Part shown: piece by piece, positions 56,131-64,000 of the stretch
How the letters are laid out: each line of letters starts with the position of its first letter
Position numbering within the stretch: the stretch's first letter is position 1
Assembly: GCA_003344405.1 (NCBI GenBank)
Contig: NOWV01000012.1
Location: 558,001-622,000, forward strand
DNA: 64,000 bases
Origin: Trichoplax sp. H2
Lineage: Eukaryota
Direction of reading: 5' to 3'
The notes under the pieces: model-generated
The model's database searches: none
The model's input: only the letters and a program-made list of their open reading frames with translations
Told to the model about the DNA's origin: nothing
Made by a program: the position numbers and the translations under genes

Positions 56131-56767
56131 TGTACAGTACAGTGTACTGTATACCACTGTAACTCGTATCATTTCTGCCCCATGGACTGTCCAGTGTCCA
56201 GTGTCCGTCGTGTACAGCGTACAGTGGTATAGTGATATACTGTAGTAACTGGACACTGGCCAGCCAAAAGGTCTTCAAGGGGTGACATCTAAAATAATCA
56301 GTGTACAGTACAGTGTATAACACTGTAACTCGTATCATTTCTGCCCCATGGACTGTCCAGTGTCCAGCGTCCGTCGTGTACAGCGTACAGTGGTATAGTG
56401 ATATACAGTACTGTAGTAACTGGACACTGGCCAACCAAAAGGTCTTCAAGGGGTGACATCTAAAATAATCAGTGTGCAGTACAGTGTATACCACTGTAAC
56501 TCGTATCATTTCTGCCCCATGGACTGTCCACTGTCCAGCGTACAGTTGTACAGTATAGTGATATACTGTACTGTAGTAACTGGACACTGGCCAGCCAAAA
56601 GGTCTTCAAGGGGTGACATCTAAAATAATCAGTGTACAGTCCACTGTCACTCGTATCATTTCTGCCCCATGGACTGTCCAGTGTCCAGCGTCCGTCGTGT
56701 ACAGCGTACAGTGGTATAGTGATATACTGTAGTAACTAGACACTGGCCAGCCAAAAGGTCTTCAAGG
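56108..56767. repeat. Tandem array, 4 near-identical units of 158-171 bp with internal inverted repeat
   Basis: ggggtgacatctaaaataatcagtg starts at 56108, 56279, 56450 and 56610. Units contain ccagtgtccag ... ctggacactgg (perfect in units 1-2, one mismatch in 3-4). Confidence 0.95.
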
Positions 56768-56852
56768 TCTGAGCTATTCCAGGATTCCTGCAGCGTGCAC
56801 AAGTTGTTCGCATCTTATTTCTAGTCCATAGCTGCTGCCTACTGCTACTAGC

Positions 56853-59239
56853 ATGGCGTCTTTCGAAAAAGCTGCTAAAGCTGGTCAGAGAATACATCGA
56901 GAAAGAGATCAAGTACTCTTTTTATTTGTTTCATGCGTTCATAGTTGAATTTCATGCAGTTGTACTACTTTCAAGTGAGAATGTTGTTGCAATGCTATTT
57001 TTTTTCACTTGCAATAATTTAGCCAAGTGAGAGACGAAAGTTTGGACACTTAGAGAAGCATAAGGATTATCTTCTTAGAGCAAGGTGAAATCATACCACC
57101 AAACATCAGCCATAATTAAAATACTCTTATTTTCAATATCTTACAATTAATCTAGCAAGTTATGACTAGTAAAGGTAGCTCACTTAAGCAATTATACTGT
57201 GTCTCTTTTTAGAAATTATCAAAAAAAAAAAGAGCAACTGAAAAAATTGCAAATACAGGTTAGTGCGTAGAAATCACAAGCTAATCGATTTCAGCAAAGT
57301 ATAAATATCCCTCTAATGAAAACGATATTGCTCACCTTCAAATGAATTACTATTCATTATACCTACAATGTATTGCTAATTATTACATTATAAACGGTGA
57401 TATCTCTGTTAGCCAAGCGACAGAACTTTCAGCTAGTTATCCATATTCTATTAAGTCAAAGTGTTATGATTTATCTTAGGCTCGTGATAAAAATCCAGAT
57501 GAATTCCATTTTGGTATGATCAACGACCGCGTTATCGTAAGTTAATGAATTACCTTGTGAGATACTACCGTATACAATATGCCTGCTTGAATTTATGATA
57601 ATGATAAGGTGTAGCTAATAGAATTATTATTATTATTGGAAATACGTACTTATAAGTACATTTATACAGCATGTAGCCTACAGCACGGTATATTATTAAA
57701 TTATGTCATTATTGGCATACTGTATACCAGCAACGCCTGCCCTGCTCAGTGTTCACTTTGATCCGACACTAACTGTAAAGTGTCAACCTAGTCCTTTTGC
57801 TAATATTATTTTGTATTACATACGATAGAACAATTGCAACTTTCGCTTCAAGGTGGTGTAATTTTAATATAACTTGACTTCAAAACAACTGCATTGAAGT
57901 TCATAAATTTCTCAATTTGCTGTTAACATAAATCTCAGATCGCCCTATTGAGCGATAGCTTCAGTAAAGATTCTCGGCGTTTTATCTACAGTTGTGCAGT
58001 TTTGACATAATAAACCAGCACTTGTAGCATGATAGACTTACGTATATTCTAACACAAATTCTTCGTATAATATTCATTTGCCCTTGAGCATCGCTACTAA
58101 CATCGATGCAAAGAAGTTTTTCTTATCGACCATACTAGATATCGCTAAATTAATGACGGATACTGTAGACACTGTAATCGAGATTAGATAGGAGCTAAGG
58201 CAATATGTTATTTATATCCTATTAACAGGGCGGAAAACATGTCATTGCCAAGGATAATAATAAGCAACGACCTTTCAAGTACCGGAAAGCTCAAGTTGTA
58301 GAAATGCGACGAATTAAGACCAGAGAACTACGTGCAATCTTGTTAGAAAGCGCTGACCAAAAAAAGGTTGCAATAATATCTGTAATAATCGACGAGATTG
58401 TAGTACAATCATCGTACTATAGCATAGATGATTAAATTAAAATTATATTGCCAGATCATGCGTACACTCTTTTGGATAATTATGCGAATAAAATGCTGCG
58501 GAATTATTCTACAACTCTACTAATTTATAGTGTAATATAAACACGGTCTCTGACATCAACACTATTGATAAAAAGAAATCTTATTAATATTACCTCAAAG
58601 AAGTGTAAACCAATTTGTAATCACTGATATTTAAATGCTAGTATCACCTTATACATTTCTAACAATTTGTGTTTATAATAGACTATTGAAAAATTGCAGT
58701 GTAGTCTTAGCCTTTACGAAAACAAAACAGGATTTAAAAAATCAAATTCTCATCTTAGATTTTACGAGACAACTGATGAAAGTAAGTGATATTCCTAATT
58801 ATTCCTTGTTCACCTATAATACACCCATTTAAGCAATTTCTATTTTCATTACTATCATTCATTTGCAAATCTAGAAAAAGAATTAATGAATTCTCAAGAT
58901 AGCACAAAAGATGAGATCAAGTTGAACGCTAAAGTATAACCACTTAAGATCATTTTATCAAATTCGTTTCAACTTAATTTATTAAATTATGTATTATATT
59001 TGTTAAAATAGAATACCAAATTAAGTCATTATAAGAAACAGTTACAGGCTAGATTAAATCGATTACAAGAACTTCAAAAAGCGGAGCGTCAGCTACAATC
59101 TGAAATTTTACAAATGGTACGTATTATTGCTACTCTATGCAATCAGCGGTAAAAACTGATCATAGTTTTCAATTATTTATTAATTATAATTACGATTATC
59201 AAGGGTCAATCTGCTAAGAAGAAGATGGTGAAAACGTAA
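56853..59239 (+). CDS. UTP11: U3 snoRNP/SSU processome protein Utp11 (9 exons; C-terminus uncertain)
   Basis: MASFEKAAKAGQRIHRERDQ|PSERRKFGHLEKHKDYLLRAR|NYQKKKEQLKKL..|ARDKNPDEFHFGMIN, IEKLQCSL, KQLQARLNRLQELQKAERQL. Confidence 0.9.
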
Positions 59240-59679
59240 ATATATTCGAGTAAATCACTTGTAGCATGGCTACGATTTTGTACATACTGATGGATGATGG
59301 TATAAATAAACTTTACCTACTATAAACTTAATTATATCAAGTTTATTAATATCAGACAATTTATTACAGTACTCATTGTTTTTTAATGAGTAATTCAACT
59401 TCGCCATGCTAGGCATACTTACCAGCCAGTTATAGTTCATACCGATAATATGTTACCAGTACCATCAATAAATTGGTAAGGCCATTACCGAAAACCTTAT
59501 TACTGTATAAAAATATTACGTAATACACTATAGAATAAACTTAATTATCAATGAAATATCATCAGCAATCCTTGTTTTTTATCTATATAACTTAATAGAA
59601 TATATATATTTCAATACCAATACAAGTAAACGTGTGTTTGAAAATCCATTAAGCGATAAAATTGTCGTATACAGTGCTA

Positions 59680-62600
59680 CTAAGCTAAATAAATAAATGT
59701 ATTTAAATCTTGTTCGTCCCGCTTAATATAGTTTTCTTCTATCAGCTTTTCCAATTGATCTTTTATGACTGCTTTTTGCGGAAAAAACATATTTTTAAGT
59801 ACATTCACGAGTTCTGTCTGTAGCTGACCAAAACCAAGTCTTTTCCTCATCTTCATAATCTTAATGATAGCTTCCTAAATCAACACAACCGTGTAAGTTG
59901 GTAACGCTCTTATCTGCAAATCGAAATTAGTGACAAAGTATAGCAACTAAGTTCTAATCAAACATTACCCACATTACCGGCTATACCTGTGTTCGAAGCA
60001 TTCGTAAACTAGCAATTTCTTTATTTTCTTCTTCGTTACCCTTTTCTGGCGCTAGCTGTAATCGCCCAATTAAGGTAACTTTACCCCTTTTTTGTATTTT
60101 TCCAGATTTACTCCTGTTTTGAAAATATTAAAAAGAATTTCATTTATCTCACACTGACGTCATCCATTACGCTTTAACTCATAACTACAAAAATTAAAGT
60201 CCTAATTTATCATGCAGCAGCAGCGCTAAAGAATACTGTAACATAGATGTATATTTTCTCTGCATACTGTTTTTAACTCATTTTATGCACTGAATTAATC
60301 TTACATGCAACATAAATTATTGATCAATAACAATTATTTAAAACAATCTAAATCCTTTCAACAAACAAATTGCAAGTATTGACTAACACAATATTAAAAT
60401 CACGATTAATCCTGAAAATTGATTGATGGGTATATTCTCGAAATGATTGCACAGATGGATTGACAAGTAAAATCTGGTACTTCATTTTGGAATTGTTAGT
60501 CAGTGACTATAATCAAGATATGTTCATATTGCAGATTAATGGTATTATAAGTGGATATCCGTATTAATAATTATTATAATAAAGGAAGTTAACTGTTCTC
60601 AATCAACATCATCAAATTGCTAAAAAAAATCCAACAATCCTTTCATACATAATCTTTACTTAAGACATAAATTTTATAATATAGACTTACAAATAATGTT
60701 TTACGAAGTTCTGATTGATTCAATCCTGTTGCAATCCTAAAAGTTTATTATTTTTTATAATATCGCAATTAATAATGATATGTTCAACAGCAATAAAGTA
60801 GAAGAGCTAGCTAGATAGGCAGCGTTGCCTTTTTTGTAATATGATTTTTATAGTCTAATACAAAATGAACTTTTTTAATTACGATACGAGTATAACATGT
60901 AGGATTTCATACCGTAGACTATCGAGCGAGATTTCATCACTTGGTCTCAAATTCCAAGCAAAGAGGACCGACATCTGGAAAGTTGTCACTTCTAAATCGT
61001 ACTTACCATAGTTAGTCGCAAATGTGATCTTATTACAGAAGGAATACAAACAAAAATTCAATTATACGGCTTAAAATAAGCTGACTATTATTTTAGTCTC
61101 ATAAATAAAGCAAATTCCTAACAATTTTTGATAATTTGTTGAGCTGATACTAACAGTGCCGCTGGAATATAAATGGTGCCACTGTAATTTCCGAGTGGTG
61201 TATTTTTGATGATAAAAGTCTTCAATCTCCTTAATATATTCCGCTAACTAGTAGAAATTTATAAAGAATTATTCAAGTTACTAAAGGAAATTGAAATATA
61301 AGACGCACACATAGAATTAAATTAAGCCAGGTAAAGACAAAGAAAACTGTTCGTACAGAATTATATTATCTCTAGAGTACTGTCATCACTCATAATTTAT
61401 AATTCGAAACGAGATAAGAAAGCATTTTGGCTATTAATTAAAATATGTAAAAATTGCTATAAAAGGTTTTGATGATAATTCTTTCTAACGATAAAATCGT
61501 ATAGTATAGTATTAATTAAATAATCAAAAACAAACAAATCAAAGAAAAAATAAAATAAACATTAGAGTAAAGGATTACTTCGGATGGAAGTGATACGTTA
61601 GTATTCTCTGATCCTCGAGACCAAGCTGCTGCACTTAGAATTTTGGCATTAATGTTATCTTGACATAGTAAGGTATAGCATTATCAAAACATGTCAATAG
61701 AAATATTATAATTATTATAATAATGTAAGTATACAATATTTTACCAGATGCCTCTTTACTCCTAGCTTCTTTAAAGAGATTGTTTACATCATGGCTAATA
61801 TGAATATCATGAAACATCTTTGCTAATTTATTGATAAATTCAACGGGCATTTCTATATTCTATGTAAGCAATAAATGAATATTACAATTACCATAGGCTA
61901 ATAACAATAACACCCTACTATTTTTCTGTGAATATCTAACAATAGCATAATTTATGAATCACTAAAAAGTGCAGATCAGCATTTTGATGTACCCTTAACC
62001 ATTCGATCATATTCTCTTCCATCTCTTGGTCAGCTGTAATATCTAGGAGAAGCCTTTTCATGAGATGGACCTTGTAATATCTGAAGAACAAGTTACGAGC
62101 AATTAAGTTCATGTCGAATCATAACCAAATATGAAATATTCATACCTCATAAAAACGTCCTTATTTTGAACGTATTTCAATAACAGAAGCTATAGCAAAG
62201 AGCAGCAGAGAATACAATGAGAAGTCGAGTAACTTCAATAAGGACTTTTAGAAATATAACATCTACACGAAATTTTATGAAATTTTCGCTCATATTCTAC
62301 ATTGTATCCGAATGGAAATAACGTGATCAAGCTATCATACCGCATCTTTTAGACGTCTTTCTATCTCCCCAGATGTCAACTTTTTATTTACGTTAGTTTT
62401 ACGTAACAGTAAGTCACAATAGCCTGCTAATAGCTCAGGGCACCTGGACTCCGGTTCAAGCTTACCCATGCTATTGGATCAGAAATATTACGTGTGATGT
62501 TATATTTTACGAATAGAAGGACTGACAGCTAAAATATATAAAAATTTAACAGCCAAAACAATAATAGTTGTAGATATTACACAAGTGCATAAGGCATATT

Positions 62601-64000
62601 TATATTTACAATACATGCACAAATAATCACCCTTTGATCTTTGTTGGAATATTTATAGAGAAAATAGTCCGATCATTGATGATTTTCTTAAAAGCCTTAC
62701 AAAACATAATAAAATATACCAAAATAGTATTATAATTCTAGTTATACCAGACCACATTAGCAATAATCTATGGTATCCAAAATTCCTACTGTACCTGATC
62801 TCGACATGACAAAAAACGTGCATCGTCGTTGAAACCACCTTTAAGCAATTCACTAAACTTTTCGTAAAGCCCTATAAATTTATCAACGTATTTTTCGCTA
62901 TCCTAAAAGGAATAAAGTTCATTTTCAAATATTATATGAGAAATTAAACATAACAGGAGGGGTAAATTTAATGACAAATAAGGTATAGAAAAGTTACCCA
63001 AATAATAACTTCCGCATCAGTCAATAAAGTTGACATTCCCGATTCAAGTATGTGTGAGCTCAAAGCTTCCAATACGTTGTCAATACATCCATTAACTCGA
63101 TCCAGTAACTTAAATATTATAATAAGGTCTGTAGGGAACAAAAATGCACCTGAGTGGCTTGTTTAAAATTCAAATTTTATTCGAAATTATTAATTAACAT
63201 ATAAAGCCAAGAAAGACAGTTAAAGATTAACCTGCAGTATTGCCATTCTTTATCATTTTGAAACACTCTTGTAATAATATAGATTTTCGACTATTTATTA
63301 AATGATTTTCTATGGATTCGAGTACCTTAAGGAATCATTAGCAGTAGATTACAATCCAAGTTGTATATAAGAATGTAAAGTAAGAGAAACATTACAGTTA
63401 TGAATACATACAACTTTCATGGAACTAAATTCCAAATATCGCCGACAGTTATCCTCTTCTTCTCGTAGTTTAGCATCTACCTATAATACGTAAATTAAGG
63501 ACATAATATAGCTATTATATCTTGATAGCAAGGAAACAAGCATATAATTAACAAATAATAAATTATATCATAGCGGCTGTGCTTGGCCACAATATCCTAT
63601 GTTACTTTGGAACGATATAACTTACATAACGAATGTAATCCGACATAGACATCTCGTCCAATGCCATTGAAGATTGTAACTTGTAATATTCTAAAATATT
63701 TTTCATATATGCTCGTTCAAATTGTTGATAAGTATCCAACTTATCTTTATCTTTGGAGCAATGGAGATGAACTATGAAGGAAAAAAGGTAAACTAAATTA
63801 ATACAGGTGACATTACCAAGACCAGCTAAAAGAATTATCAGGAAGCTTTGAATTCTAATTAACCAGTAATAGATTTATGCCTACCAAGCGCATCCTTTAT
63901 ATTCGTAATAAGTTGTCCATTATAAATATGATTACGCTTCTCTTCTATTATCAACTCCATTACATTATCTAATAATCTTTGGATATGGTAATTAAGCAAA
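59680..64000 (-). CDS. CUL5: Cullin-5, 3' portion (5' end lies beyond the window)
   Basis: PESRCPELLAGYCDLLLRKT, LLLLKYVQNKDVFMRYYKVHL, MPVEFINKLAKMFHDI, KILSAAAWSRGSE, RKLQWHHL, YDLEVTTFQMSVLFAWN, RGKVTLIGRLQL, neddylation motif EAIIKIMKMRK, YIKRDEQDLNTFIYLA* (stop 59680-59682). Confidence 0.95.

Overview
AT-rich, compact, intron-dense nuclear DNA from an early-branching animal. Gene style (many ~60-150 nt GT-AG introns, animal-type housekeeping genes) suggests a placozoan such as Trichoplax, but that is inference. I reconstructed twelve protein-coding genes by hand from spliced exons: a DEAD-box helicase (+, apparently intronless, split by an 11-bp duplication), NOX2-like NADPH oxidase (-), RARS2 (+), MRPS9 (-), ABCB7 (+), PNISR (-), NUP43 (+), ZC3H12/Regnase (-), NDUFAF4 (+), NUS1 (-), UTP11 (+) and a 5'-truncated CUL5 (-). 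The twelve genes alternate strand perfectly. The head-to-head intergenic regions are rich in TACAG/CTGTA pentamers, and two carry ~150-190 bp tandem arrays whose units are hairpins closing around those pentamers. A ~185 bp element occurs twice in inverted orientation 8.6 kb apart, and a degenerate ~230 bp array lies in the probable first intron of MRPS9. No rRNA, tRNA, CRISPR or intact transposase was seen. Most short ORFs in the supplied track are artefacts of introns or repeats.
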